This document shows positions 1-10,027 of a stretch of DNA of 64,000 nt, one piece after another. Source of the DNA: Candidatus Dojkabacteria bacterium (GTDB lineage Bacteria > Patescibacteriota > Dojkabacteria > J137); assembly GCA_025999215.1 (NCBI GenBank), contig AP024679.1, positions 505,924 to 569,923 of the forward strand, given 5' to 3'. Under the pieces are notes generated by a model. The model was not told the DNA's origin, did no database searches, and saw nothing but the letters and a program-made list of their open reading frames with translations. The position numbers were made by a program, and so were the translations under genes. Position 1 is the stretch's first letter; every line of letters starts with the position of its first letter.

Positions 1-2
1 TA

Positions 3-335
3 GAAGCAATTCAAAAAGATAATTCCCGAGAACTTATGGATACTTACGAAATTTTAGAAGTTCAGGAAGTTGTTAATCAGTTGTATCAAATTTTTGCGAT
101 GGAACAAATTTTTCCATTCAAAATTATTGAGCAACAAACTAAAGATAAACGACTTGATCCTGTAAGTGTTGCCAAGTTAATTAAAATTCAAAGCTGTTCT
201 AAACAAAATGATAAGAGTAAAAAAATAGCTTTAAAGAAAGAAAGCACAATTTTTGAAGAAGTTGAAAATGCAATGAGAGAATTACTACAAAATTTCAATG
301 ATCTTGAAACCAAGATCTCAAAACTTTCAATTTAA
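3..335 (+). CDS. hypothetical protein, C-terminal fragment; reading frame is open to the window start
   Basis: ORF track gives 36..335; the same frame has no stop back to position 3. No recognisable motif. Confidence 0.3.
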   Translation, partial: EAIQKDNSRELMDTYEILEVQEVVNQLYQIFAMEQIFPFKIIEQQTKDKRLDPVSVAKLIKIQSCSKQNDKSKKIALKKESTIFEEVENAMRELLQNFNDLETKISKLSI

Positions 336-1484
336 TGCCGAATATACCATGCTTGAGATTTCTTTAATGTTATATTTCCCAGTTGTCCAATCAATATTTT
401 CGTCGATTATTGCTATGGCATAGTCTGTTTTTTCTCCAAAGACTATTGCAACATCATTAAAATTAATTAAATCATATGTCCAGTGATAGCCAAGTTTATT
501 TACAAAATCTACATTTGGTGGAACCCCAAGACCTACCCCTTCTCTATTAAATTGAGTAGCATTTCTCATTAAATCAAAAAAATAACTTTTGGATTCTTCA
601 TTCAAAGTTTTATTATAGTAAACATCGGACATAACTTTGACAAAATTACTTGCAGTTGATTGATATGGATCCAAAAATAATGGGTTAACTCCAAGTTCTT
701 CTATGGTTCGAGGGTTTACACCTTCGTATGAATCGCCAAGCATGTGAACTAAGTGATACCAAGCTGTATTGCTACTTAACATAATCAACTCTTCTAAATA
801 TTTTCTGATGGTAACTGGAGTGCCTTCAGGCAAACTTCCAATGGCGTCAAAGTTAGAATGTTTATATTTTGCTTGTACTGGATAAGTTGTGTCTAGAGTA
901 TATTTGCCTGCTTCAATATCTCTAAGTACAAGAATTGCGACCGTAATTTTGGCAGAGCTCGCAGGAGGAAATATTTGAGTTTCGTTAAGTCCCAAACTTT
1001 CATGTCGCTTGAGGTCATAAATCATAATTCCGTATTGATTTTGCTGGTCTCCCAAAAAATTTCTAATATCGTTCTCAAGTTTTGTCCAATCTACTGGTGG
1101 AAGAGTTGTTTTGATTTCTAAAACTAGTTTTTGGTTTGAATTTTGCAATGGAATATCAATAAACTTTGATCCATAATTTTCTTTTATTCCATTGATTTCA
1201 ATTTGATCTTGCTTGATTTTTATAAAATCAGAATATTGATTTGTATACGTAGAACTTATTTTAATGTTATCTAATACTAAATTGTGAGTTTCGCCAACTT
1301 TTACTTCAATGTTTTTAATAATGGGTTGTTCAGAGGGAGAGAAAGTATATTTTGATTTTTCAAAACTATATTCCCATACAGATTCTTCTGATTTTGAATT
1401 TGTTGGTAATAAAAAATTGTTTACATAAAAATACCCACCTGCTCCTAATATTGCACCCAAAAGTAAACTTAATATAACTTTCAT
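327..1484 (-). CDS. membrane-anchored class A beta-lactamase-like serine hydrolase
   Basis: N-terminal TM helix. FPPASSAKITVAILVL resembles the class A S-x-x-K element (RFPmmSTFK). LSSNTAWYHL resembles the SDN loop. RTIEELGVNP resembles the omega-loop ExELN. KLG may be a variant KTG. An extra N-terminal domain of about 130 aa is present. Confidence 0.55.
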   Translation of the reverse strand: MKVILSLLLGAILGAGGYFYVNNFLLPTNSKSEESVWEYSFEKSKYTFSPSEQPIIKNIEVKVGETHNLVLDNIKISSTYTNQYSDFIKIKQDQIEINGIKENYGSKFIDIPLQNSNQKLVLEIKTTLPPVDWTKLENDIRNFLGDQQNQYGIMIYDLKRHESLGLNETQIFPPASSAKITVAILVLRDIEAGKYTLDTTYPVQAKYKHSNFDAIGSLPEGTPVTIRKYLEELIMLSSNTAWYHLVHMLGDSYEGVNPRTIEELGVNPLFLDPYQSTASNFVKVMSDVYYNKTLNEESKSYFFDLMRNATQFNREGVGLGVPPNVDFVNKLGYHWTYDLINFNDVAIVFGEKTDYAIAIIDENIDWTTGKYNIKEISSMVYSALN

Positions 1485-1488
1485 ATTT

Positions 1489-2157
1489 TTAGAGTATCAT
1501 AAACTTATTTTTTTTCAAATCGTTGAGAACCGAGAAAGCTCTCTCAATTTCATCATCTTTAATTATGAATGTTAACTCTTCAAAAGTTGATACTATTTCA
1601 ATTATATTAATTCCACGCCAAGCAAGTTGATTAAGGGCGTGAGATATTATTCCAGGTTGATCTAGGTGACCGTTTTGAAGTTTAATTGTAATAGCCGTAA
1701 GGTTTTCAATATGATTTTCTAACGATTCATTAGAAAGTGCTTTTTCAATTTTACTTTCTAAACTATTACTTCCAATTATTGTTGTTTGCCAGCTTCCTCG
1801 TATAAAATTAAAAAAATCTTTTGGGTTAATCGATGCTTGAAGATTTAGTAACTTTTTATGCAATGTGTTTGAATTACTATAGGTCATTTCAAATAAATTG
1901 TTTCTTACTGATATCTCACCATAATATTTTGAAAAATCTTTATCATAAATTTTATCTTGTTGTTTTTGTCTTGATGCGTAACGTTTTAGCGCCATAACAA
2001 CTGATGCGTTTGAAACTTTTTTAAGTGAAATTTGCTCTATATCAGGCTTAATTTTTCTTGCTAGTGATGAAAGGTTTATTAAATCATTTTGGATTGCTTT
2101 TTTGAGAAATGGTGATGAATCAACAATTTCAGTTACAATTTTTGATATTGGAATCAT
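1489..2157 (-). CDS. ACT-domain protein (aspartokinase regulatory-domain-like)
   Basis: C-terminal GINIIEIVSTFEELTFIIKDDEIERAFSVLNDL and the preceding repeat resemble tandem ACT domains of aspartokinase regulatory regions. No kinase domain is present. Confidence 0.4.
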   Translation of the reverse strand: MIPISKIVTEIVDSSPFLKKAIQNDLINLSSLARKIKPDIEQISLKKVSNASVVMALKRYASRQKQQDKIYDKDFSKYYGEISVRNNLFEMTYSNSNTLHKKLLNLQASINPKDFFNFIRGSWQTTIIGSNSLESKIEKALSNESLENHIENLTAITIKLQNGHLDQPGIISHALNQLAWRGINIIEIVSTFEELTFIIKDDEIERAFSVLNDLKKNKFMIL

Positions 2158-2420
2158 GTTAAATTTTTAACAAATATTTTCTTAATAATAACAAAATTTT
2201 AATTTTTTTTGTATATTTAAAATTTTGTTGTATGATTTTCACAATCTTAATTTAACTTTATGGAAAGTTTAAATAAAAATTCTGTAAATAATCCTTTGGA
2301 ATTAGGAGAACTGCAAAGGCTTAGAGAGGAATTTGAAAGTGAGTTTAAAAACATAGTTCAAAACTTATTTGAATATTTGCAAAATCAAAATATCAACACA
2401 ATTATACTTGAAGGTCCTCC

Positions 2421-3044
2421 ATGGTACTTAATTCCAAAACATGTTTTAATCATGAATCGGACCGAAGGTTTTTTTTAGGATATGTTTTGATGAATATGAT
2501 TTATTTGACTGCGCGTAAAAATAACATAGAGGTAATTATCTACCACATGGTAGATGATGTTAATAACAGGGATACCGATAGCAAAACAATAGAAGAAGCT
2601 ATAAAGCGAAATTATACTGCTTTAACCATGATATCTGAACTTGAAGTAATGAAAGCAATTGAAGATCAGAAGTTTTTTTTGGAAAGTCAATTTGTTCAAA
2701 ATTCAACAGATCAATGTTCAGTACTTGATTCAAGGTTTCAATCTAGGAAGTTTATTGATTTTTTTCAAAATTCTTCTGATGTTGCAAGTCATTCTTTTGC
2801 GGTAATTGTCATTCATCCTGATACATTTACACATCAACAAAAGTCAATGTTAGAAATATTACCTAAAACTTTAGTAAATCAATTGCAAAGTACCAACATT
2901 AATACATCAAAAAAGCAGGTTAGAACACAAATTAGTAAAGTATATCTACATTTGTGGATAGATGAGAATTGGTGTGTTTGCGTCACAAGCCCTAGCTATG
3001 CCCCTAATGGTCAAATTTGTTTTAACGATATTAACGAACAATAA
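2421..3044 (+). CDS. hypothetical protein; possibly one gene with overlapping ORF 2260..2478 if a frameshift is present
   Basis: Six-frame ORF only. 2260..2478 overlaps 2421..3044 in a different frame. No motif recognised. Confidence 0.3.
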   Translation: MVLNSKTCFNHESDRRFFLGYVLMNMIYLTARKNNIEVIIYHMVDDVNNRDTDSKTIEEAIKRNYTALTMISELEVMKAIEDQKFFLESQFVQNSTDQCSVLDSRFQSRKFIDFFQNSSDVASHSFAVIVIHPDTFTHQQKSMLEILPKTLVNQLQSTNINTSKKQVRTQISKVYLHLWIDENWCVCVTSPSYAPNGQICFNDINEQ

Positions 3045-3048
3045 ATTT

Positions 3049-3921
3049 ATGAAAATTTATGATTGTAACGGTAACATTATTGGCATCTATACCGATGATA
3101 TAGAAAATATGCCTAAAGATAAGCTGAAGAAGTTAGTTCAATTTTTTAGAGCAAAAAATATAGATACAGTAATGTTTGTAAAAAACATTGATATACAAAA
3201 CAATGTTGTTACAACTAAAATTTTTGAACCGAATGCCGGAGAACTAGGTGGATGGTCAACAATGTGTGGTAATGGAGTTAGAGCTCTTACAAGCTATTAC
3301 AGAGATTTTGTAAAGAATGTTGATGAAATTATTATTAATACTGATGCTGGATTTTTAAAAGTTATTGTAAAAGATGGAAAGTTCAAAGTAAAAATGGGCA
3401 GACTTTATGTTGGAATTAATAAATGTACAAAATATTTGAGTTTTAAATTAAAAAATTGGGATTTTATAGAAAATCTGCTAAAAATTGAAAAAATTAGATT
3501 TACAAATATTGAAATTGGATTTACTAGTACAAATGAAAAAGATCCTGATGGGGAACCACATTTGTGTGTAGAGATTCCAAGTGTAAACTTAGTTACTCTG
3601 AAACAAATTGCGTTACAAGTTGGGCAAAAAATTACTAATAACTTTGAAATATTTCCTCTGGGAGTAAATGTAAATTTTTACAGTAGTTCAAAAAATGTAG
3701 TTTTGTTAGTAACACACGAAAGAAATTTAGGTTTTGATCCAAACAAATGTATAACTCAGTCATGCGGTACTGGATCAACTGTTGTAGGTGGGCTTGTTAT
3801 GTACAAAAATAACTTTCCTAAAATAATTGTAAGGTCGCAAGGTGGTGATTTGGTTATAAGTCGTGAACAAGAAGATGAGCTTTACATGGCAGGTGATGCC
3901 AAGTTAATAGACAGTTTATAA
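3049..3921 (+). CDS. dapF: diaminopimelate epimerase
   Basis: N-terminal FMKIYDCNGN resembles F-x-K-M-H-G-x-G-N-D-F. Both catalytic Cys motifs are present: WSTMCGNGVRAL and SCGTGSTVVGG. Start chosen at the in-frame ATG at 3049 to avoid the upstream ORF. Confidence 0.65.
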   Translation: MKIYDCNGNIIGIYTDDIENMPKDKLKKLVQFFRAKNIDTVMFVKNIDIQNNVVTTKIFEPNAGELGGWSTMCGNGVRALTSYYRDFVKNVDEIIINTDAGFLKVIVKDGKFKVKMGRLYVGINKCTKYLSFKLKNWDFIENLLKIEKIRFTNIEIGFTSTNEKDPDGEPHLCVEIPSVNLVTLKQIALQVGQKITNNFEIFPLGVNVNFYSSSKNVVLLVTHERNLGFDPNKCITQSCGTGSTVVGGLVMYKNNFPKIIVRSQGGDLVISREQEDELYMAGDAKLIDSL

Positions 3922-4260
3922 AAAACTTTTTTAGAAAATATAAATGTAAAATGTTAATTTAGGGTTGTTTTTTATTTTCAAATTTTACGATATTTTCTTT
4001 TACAGATCTTTAGAAAAAATGTAATCATTTCTCAGAATTATTTATAAATATAATAATTGTTGTGGAATTCATTAATATCAGTGTAAAAAATTACACGAGG
4101 AAACGTTGTTTTTAATAATATTTTCTTCAAATTTTTAGAGAAGCTATTACTTTCAATTTCATTCAAATCAATCTCACTTAACTCTTGATTAACTTTGTAG
4201 CTAATCCAATCTTCATTTTTTTGAGATTTTTTATGCATTTCATTTTGATGTTGCCATTTC

Positions 4261-4352
4261 TGGCGGAGAGGAAGGGATTCGAACCCTCGCTACGGTAAAA
4301 CCGTACTACGGGTTTAGCAAACCCGCCCCTTCGACCACTTGGGTACCTCTCC
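4261..4352 (-). tRNA. tRNA-Ser (anticodon GCT), long variable arm, encoded CCA
   Basis: Reverse complement reads GGAGAGG...CGGGT-TTGCTAA-ACCCG...GGTTCGAATCC...CCTCTCCGCCA. Anticodon loop TTGCTAA gives GCT. A variable-arm hairpin of about 20 nt is present. Confidence 0.85.
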
Positions 4353-4385
4353 ACACCTAAATTATACTATTTTCACAAACAAAAA

Positions 4386-4414
4386 CAAGGGATTGCTCCC
4401 TTGTTTTTGCGTAT
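4386..4414. terminator. bidirectional rho-independent terminator hairpin
   Basis: ACAAGGGATTGCTCCCTTGTTTTTG is a perfect 7-bp stem with flanking A/T runs. It follows the end of the minus-strand gene 4433..5050. Confidence 0.5.
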
Positions 4415-4432
4415 TTAGTTTATTGGTTTAGT

Positions 4433-5050
4433 TTATTCTACAAATTCAAATGTTTTAACAATATTTGCTGCTGTATCAAAACTATCACCTTCTTCACTTG
4501 CTGTGATAAATGCAAGTTTGTCTTTGCTGCTATTAACTAAGAAGTATAAAGCTCCAGATATTTTCTTGGAGTCTTGTTCACCATCAAGTGTAACAGCGCA
4601 ACCTTTAATTCCGTTTATTTCTACACTAGTTATGTTAGTATTAGAAATATCACTTGAACCACCAACTATTTGGTCAACAAATGAATTTAAAGAATCACAT
4701 TTTCCTTCTGAAATATCATTTACGTTAAAACCATCATCTTGAACATCTGATACATTGTTAAAGCTAAACTGAACTGAGTTTAGATCTTCATTTGAGGGAT
4801 CATAAACTCTCAAGAAATCTTCGTTAAACATCCAGTTTTGTGGATATTTGAATTTAAAATCATCACCAGCATATTCTTGATAATTTTCTGTTCCTTTAGC
4901 TTCACCACTTATATCTGATGAATCATCACCTAGAACAAAAAAGTATACTGCTCCAGCAACTGCTGCTAGTACACAACAGCATAGTAACAAAACTCCGACT
5001 AGAGCAACGAGAGTTTTGGTGTTTTTTTTAGGAGATTTGTTCTCTTCCAT
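4433..5050 (-). CDS. membrane-anchored hypothetical protein (N-terminal TM, extracytoplasmic domain)
   Basis: Lys-rich N-terminus followed by hydrophobic TLVALVGVLLLCCCVLAAVAGAVYFFVL. Acidic, Ser/Asn-rich ectodomain. Confidence 0.45.
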   Translation of the reverse strand: MEENKSPKKNTKTLVALVGVLLLCCCVLAAVAGAVYFFVLGDDSSDISGEAKGTENYQEYAGDDFKFKYPQNWMFNEDFLRVYDPSNEDLNSVQFSFNNVSDVQDDGFNVNDISEGKCDSLNSFVDQIVGGSSDISNTNITSVEINGIKGCAVTLDGEQDSKKISGALYFLVNSSKDKLAFITASEEGDSFDTAANIVKTFEFVE

Positions 5051-5125
5051 AAAAATATAAAATAAAAATTAAAATTAAAATATATATGTCATTCTACACA
5101 ACATTTTACAATAACACAATCTTTT

Positions 5126-6583
5126 TTATAAATTTCTTAACGCTCTTCTAATTCTTCTTTTAGTCTCAGGTGAAACACAGTTTTTAAGCCAATCCCTCGT
5201 TACATTCAAGTTTTTTGTTATTTTGATTTCAACCACATCTCCTGTGTTAAGTTTATAATCCATAGGTACCATTTTCCCATTAACTAAAGCTCCTCTATAA
5301 CACAAACCAATATTGGTATGAATTCTGAAAGCGAAGTCAAGAGGGGTTGCGCCTTGAGGTAATTTTATAACCAACCCTTTGGGAGTAAATACAAAAATGC
5401 TTTCTTTAAAAACTTTAATTTTAAAGTCTTCTTTAGAAACATTATCCTTTTCTTTCCAGCTTGCCAAATCTTTGGTCCATGTAAACTCTTCCCCTTTGCT
5501 TTTTTTAAGTTTATACGCAATGTGAGATGCGGGTCCATATTCATTAAATTCGTGCATTTCTTGTGTTCTAATTTGAATTTCAATTAGTGTTTCATTGTAT
5601 TCTAAAACTGTGTGAATCGATTTATAGCCGTTTTCTTTAGGGTTTGATATATAATCTCGAAAGTCTTCTTTTGAATAAGGAAATTTAGAATGTAATACTC
5701 CAAGTGCGATATAGCACTGCTCTACTGTACTTAAAATAATTCTGAAAGCAAAAACATCCTTCAACTCTGTAAATTTATAATCAAACAGAGATTTTCCTTG
5801 TAAATATTTGCTTTTTATTTTTCTATAAATACTGTAAATTCCTTTTTCTCTACCATAAAATGCTATAGGATTAATTTGGTATTGTTCTAACAAACTCATC
5901 ATGTCTTTTTCAAAATTTTCTATGGAAAATTCTTGTGATTTGTATAAGTTGTCTACACTTTTTTCTATAAAATCGTAATAATCAGGTTTTGTTATTTTGA
6001 AAGCAGAATCTTCTAGATTTCTCTGCAAGAAACCAAGTCCTAGATACTGCGCAATAGGTGCATAGATGTTTAAGATTTTTTCTGCTGCTATTTGCTGTGT
6101 TTCTGCTGGCAAAGAATTAATCGTCATTATATTGTGAAGCTTTTCGCATAATCGAATAATAATTATTCTTAAATCTTCTGAGGTGTTGAAGATGAAGTTT
6201 TTAAATTCTTCATTATCGTTTTCTTTAGAATATTTTTTTGAAATTTTTCTGATGTCGGTTAACCCTGAAACTATGTATGCTACTTCTGTGCCAAAAAGTT
6301 CATCGATTTGATCTAGTGTCGCTGTTCCTTTATCTATTGAATCGTGTAATAAGGCTGATATGATTGAAGTTTGATCAAGATGTATTTGTGCTACAAAACT
6401 TGCTACAGTTAATAAGTGTGTTTCTATACTATCTCCTGAAAGCCTTTTTTGATTTTGGTGGATTTTTTTTGCAAAGTCGTAAGCTTTTGTGATTATAGCC
6501 TTATCATAAACTACCTCATTTTGATCAAGCACTTTAAATAGTTCTTCAAGGGTGTTGATCTGTTTTGTATCAAGCTGAGTCAT
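5126..6583 (-). CDS. bifunctional (p)ppGpp synthetase/hydrolase, RelA/SpoT family (HD + synthetase + TGS; no ACT domain)
   Basis: HD motif HLLTVA...LLHDSIDKGT. Synthetase core YKSIHTVLE...IEIQIRTQEMHEFNEYGPASHIAYK. TGS domain VFTPKGLVIKLPQGATPLDFAFRIHTNIG. Confidence 0.85.
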   Translation of the reverse strand: MTQLDTKQINTLEELFKVLDQNEVVYDKAIITKAYDFAKKIHQNQKRLSGDSIETHLLTVASFVAQIHLDQTSIISALLHDSIDKGTATLDQIDELFGTEVAYIVSGLTDIRKISKKYSKENDNEEFKNFIFNTSEDLRIIIIRLCEKLHNIMTINSLPAETQQIAAEKILNIYAPIAQYLGLGFLQRNLEDSAFKITKPDYYDFIEKSVDNLYKSQEFSIENFEKDMMSLLEQYQINPIAFYGREKGIYSIYRKIKSKYLQGKSLFDYKFTELKDVFAFRIILSTVEQCYIALGVLHSKFPYSKEDFRDYISNPKENGYKSIHTVLEYNETLIEIQIRTQEMHEFNEYGPASHIAYKLKKSKGEEFTWTKDLASWKEKDNVSKEDFKIKVFKESIFVFTPKGLVIKLPQGATPLDFAFRIHTNIGLCYRGALVNGKMVPMDYKLNTGDVVEIKITKNLNVTRDWLKNCVSPETKRRIRRALRNL

Positions 6584-6613
6584 AGTGTATAATTATCTCA
6601 TTAATTACATATT

Positions 6614-7057
6614 TTGCAAATGGTTGAGACCGTAAGAATAATCGTAATTTGGGATGGTAAAGTTTTGTTATTAAAGAAAGCTAAAAATTCAAACAATCCT
6701 GATATGTTAGAACTCCCTGGAGGTAAAATAGAAGATCAACCTTTGCAATCTGCAATTAGAGAATTAGAAGAAGAAACTTCAATTAGTTTGAGTGAAGATA
6801 GTTTAAATAAGCTAAGTTATGAGAAAGTTTATACTTTTGATTATCACGGAGTAAAAACTACTAGAATAGTTTATTACTACTATGCTTTTTTAAATGAAAA
6901 GCCAAGTGTAAGTATTAATGGCACAACAGATATTGATGGTAAGCCTGAAGATAAACATCAAAGTTATGAGTGGGTTGATATATCTGAATTACAATACTTA
7001 CAAACTTTAGCTGAGAATTCAAAAATTGATATCTATTTATTACGAAATTTATCATGA
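6614..7057 (+). CDS. NUDIX hydrolase
   Basis: Nudix box LPGGKIEDQPLQSAIRELEEETSI matches G-x5-E-x7-REUxEExGU. Confidence 0.8.
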   Translation: MQMVETVRIIVIWDGKVLLLKKAKNSNNPDMLELPGGKIEDQPLQSAIRELEEETSISLSEDSLNKLSYEKVYTFDYHGVKTTRIVYYYYAFLNEKPSVSINGTTDIDGKPEDKHQSYEWVDISELQYLQTLAENSKIDIYLLRNLS

Positions 7058-7851
7058 GTATCAAAATAATATCGTGGAATGTGAATGGGTTACGATCTGT
7101 GATTAATAAAAAAGTTTTTTATGAATTTGTTGAAAAAGAAAACCCAGATGTTTTGTGTTTGCAAGAAATTAAGGCAAACAGTCAACAGTTAGAAATTAAT
7201 TTGAAAGGTTATCAACAATTCTGGAATCCTGCTAAAAGGAAAGGTTATTCTGGGACAGCAATATTTTCAAAAGTTTCACCGGTGAATGTTTTTAATAATT
7301 TTGTAGAAGATTTTGATTATCCAGCTAATCTAGAAGATGAGTTTGGAAATGTTTTAGAAGAGGGTCGTTTGATTACATTTGAGTTAGAAGACTTTTGGTT
7401 GTTAAATGTTTATACTCCCAATTCAAAGCCCGATTTACAAAGATTGAAATTTAGACATGAGGTTTGGGACCCTTTATTTTTGAAATACTTAAAATTTTTG
7501 GAAGCTAGTAAGCCAGTTGTAGTTTGTGGAGATTTTAATGTTGCTCATAAAGAAATTGATCTTGCGAGGCCTGATAGCAATCACAAAAGTGCAGGTTTCA
7601 CCGATGAAGAAAGAGAAGGTTTTGATAAATTTATTAAGAATAATTTTGTAGATACTTTTAGAATTTTTAATAAGGAAGGTGGAAATTACACTTGGTGGAG
7701 TAATTTTGCAAAATCACGAGAAAGGAATGTGGGATGGCGAATTGATTATGTTTTGGTTTCAAATTCTCTAAAATCAAGAGTTAAGGAAGCTTTTATTCTT
7801 CCTGAGGTGTATGGTTCTGATCATTGCCCTGTAGGAGTAATTATTGATTAG
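7054..7851 (+). CDS. xth: exodeoxyribonuclease III / AP endonuclease
   Basis: MSIKIISWNVNGLRS, CLQEIK, WRIDYVL and a GSDHCPV end are typical Xth/EEP-family elements. Confidence 0.9.
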   Translation: MSIKIISWNVNGLRSVINKKVFYEFVEKENPDVLCLQEIKANSQQLEINLKGYQQFWNPAKRKGYSGTAIFSKVSPVNVFNNFVEDFDYPANLEDEFGNVLEEGRLITFELEDFWLLNVYTPNSKPDLQRLKFRHEVWDPLFLKYLKFLEASKPVVVCGDFNVAHKEIDLARPDSNHKSAGFTDEEREGFDKFIKNNFVDTFRIFNKEGGNYTWWSNFAKSRERNVGWRIDYVLVSNSLKSRVKEAFILPEVYGSDHCPVGVIID

Positions 7852-7860
7852 TTTTACAAA

Positions 7861-8778
7861 ATGATACCAGTAAATGTTTTTAGCGGTGAATTAGGAGCAG
7901 GAAAAACAACTATCATTTTAAAACTGATAGAGCAAATCCCTTACACCAAAACAGTTTGGTTAAAAAATGAATTTGGCGATGTAAATATTGATTCTGAAAT
8001 TGCAAAATCAAAGCATATTCTTACTAAAGAAGTGATTAATGGATGCTTATGTTGTGTATTGATTGGAAAATTGGGGGATGCTTTGTTAGAGATTAAAAAA
8101 GAATTTAATCCTGAGAGAATCGTAATTGAAACTGCTGGAACAGCTCATCCTTATCCTATCATTAAAAAAATTTCTGAATTAGATTTTTGTTTTTTGGATT
8201 CAAATATTAAAGTTGTTGATGCTAAAAATTTTAAGCGAGTAAAGGATGTTTTTTTAGCGAAAAAGCAAGCAAACTTTTTTGATTTGATTGTGGTAAATAA
8301 AGCAAATTTAGTTGAAAAATCTCAACTTGAAAAAGTAATTGAAGACTTAAATGAAGTATATTATAAAGTTCCAAAAATTATTTCAAATGATGGTTTTGTT
8401 CCAAAAGATTTAGTAATAGATATAAATATTTCTAGTAGTAAGAAGTTAAATCTTGAGAGCATGGATGTTAGCGATTTTCATAATGATATAGAGACATTTT
8501 CATTTGTTTTTGAACACGAAACTTTTAATCAAAAAGCTTTAGAAAATTTTTTAATTCAACTTAATAAGACAAAATTTTTTAGAATTAAAGGAATTTTAAA
8601 TTTTGGGCATTCCTTTAAAATAGTTAATTTTGCTTATGGGGATTTTAAAATTCAAAACATTAAAAATTACGAAGGTAAGTCAAAAATCATTTTTATGGGA
8701 GATAAAATCCTTGATCAAAAAAATAAAATTTATAATTTTTTAAAAGAATGTACTAATGAAAAAAAGAAGTTCGCATAA
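7861..8778 (+). CDS. COG0523 / CobW-family G3E GTPase (putative metal chaperone)
   Basis: P-loop GELGAGKTT. Metal-binding GCLCC motif. CobW C-terminal-type domain. Confidence 0.8.
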   Translation: MIPVNVFSGELGAGKTTIILKLIEQIPYTKTVWLKNEFGDVNIDSEIAKSKHILTKEVINGCLCCVLIGKLGDALLEIKKEFNPERIVIETAGTAHPYPIIKKISELDFCFLDSNIKVVDAKNFKRVKDVFLAKKQANFFDLIVVNKANLVEKSQLEKVIEDLNEVYYKVPKIISNDGFVPKDLVIDINISSSKKLNLESMDVSDFHNDIETFSFVFEHETFNQKALENFLIQLNKTKFFRIKGILNFGHSFKIVNFAYGDFKIQNIKNYEGKSKIIFMGDKILDQKNKIYNFLKECTNEKKKFA

Positions 8779-9295
8779 TTTAATTTGGATTGATTTAGAA
8801 TTGACTGGACTGGATATAAAAAAAGATAAAATTTTGGAAATTGCATGCGTGGTTACTGATAGAGATTTGAATTATCTGACTGAAGTTGTCAATTACGTTA
8901 TTCACTATCCAAAATCTATTTTGAAACAAATGGATCCATGGAGTTTAGAGGTTCATACTAAGTCTGGTTTGATTGATGAAGTTTTAAATTCAAAAACTAC
9001 GCTTTTGAACGCTCAAAAGCAAATTTTAGAAATAATTATTCCTTTCACTAAACCTGGTCAAAATCTTCTTGCAGGTTCCAGTGTTCACTTTGATAAAATG
9101 TTCTTGGCAAAATTTATGCCTGAGCTTGATAACTATTTGAAATGGCAAATTATTGATGTTGCCACTGTTCGGAATTTAGCTTACAGATGGTATAAAATTA
9201 AACCTTTTCCTAAGAAAGACTCTCATCGAGCTAAAACAGATATTATTGAGAGTATACAAGAATTGAAATACCTTAAAGAACTTATTTTCAAATAG
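8756..9295 (+). CDS. orn: oligoribonuclease
   Basis: NLIWIDLELTGLD...ILEIACVVTD is the DEDDh exonuclease motif I. HFDKMFL is motif III. Length of about 180 aa is typical of Orn. Confidence 0.8.
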   Translation: MKKRSSHNLIWIDLELTGLDIKKDKILEIACVVTDRDLNYLTEVVNYVIHYPKSILKQMDPWSLEVHTKSGLIDEVLNSKTTLLNAQKQILEIIIPFTKPGQNLLAGSSVHFDKMFLAKFMPELDNYLKWQIIDVATVRNLAYRWYKIKPFPKKDSHRAKTDIIESIQELKYLKELIFK

Positions 9296-9301
9296 AAATT
9301 T

Positions 9302-10027
9302 ATGAGAAAGTGGACAGTTTGGGAAATAAATTTTTTATTAGAATTTGGGTTTGATCCTTTTGAATTAGCCCAATCTGTTGATGAAAATATTCCTGTTGAA
9401 TATATTGTAGGTAAAGCTAAGTTTTATGATTATGTTTTTAATGTTTCAACTGACACTTTAATTCCAAGAGTTGAAACAGAAGAAATAATACCTAACACTA
9501 TAGGGTATACAACCCGTAGAAATCTCAAAAAGTTAAATTTTATAGATATTGGTTGTGGTTGTGGGAATATAGGTATAGCGCTTGCTCTTGAATTGCAAAA
9601 ATTGAATATTGAATTTAGTGGAACCCTGATAGATATGTCTCCAAAGGCTTTAAAAGTTGCTAAAAATAATTTAAAAAAATTTAATTTAAAGCTAGATTTA
9701 AAAAGACAAGATTTAAAAAAATTAAAAATTAAAAGTGATGTTGATATTGTAATTGCAAATTTGCCATATATTCCGACTAGTAGAATATCTACTCTGCCAC
9801 CTTCTGTCAAAAATTTTGAGCCAATAACAGCTTTGGATGGAGGAGATGATGGGTTGGAATTAGTAAAAATTTTGATCCGCAAAATTATAAACCATGGAAA
9901 TATTAGTTTTGCAATGTTAGAGGTGGATGATTCTCATGACAAAATTCCTGATGAGTTTATGGATAATTTTAAAACTTTAAGAGATGCAAATGGAAAAGTT
10001 AGGTTTTGGTTAATGGAAAAAGGTTAA
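9302..10027 (+). CDS. prmC: release factor glutamine N5-methyltransferase
   Basis: LIPRVETEEII, the SAM-binding stretch IDIGCGCGNIG and an NLPYI (NPPY-type) motif. Confidence 0.8.
   Translation: MRKWTVWEINFLLEFGFDPFELAQSVDENIPVEYIVGKAKFYDYVFNVSTDTLIPRVETEEIIPNTIGYTTRRNLKKLNFIDIGCGCGNIGIALALELQKLNIEFSGTLIDMSPKALKVAKNNLKKFNLKLDLKRQDLKKLKIKSDVDIVIANLPYIPTSRISTLPPSVKNFEPITALDGGDDGLELVKILIRKIINHGNISFAMLEVDDSHDKIPDEFMDNFKTLRDANGKVRFWLMEKG

Noticed and set aside
9430-9882. 150-aa antisense ORF inside prmC
   Set aside because: It is fully embedded in a well-supported conserved gene on the opposite strand and has low-complexity composition. It is an AT-rich shadow ORF.
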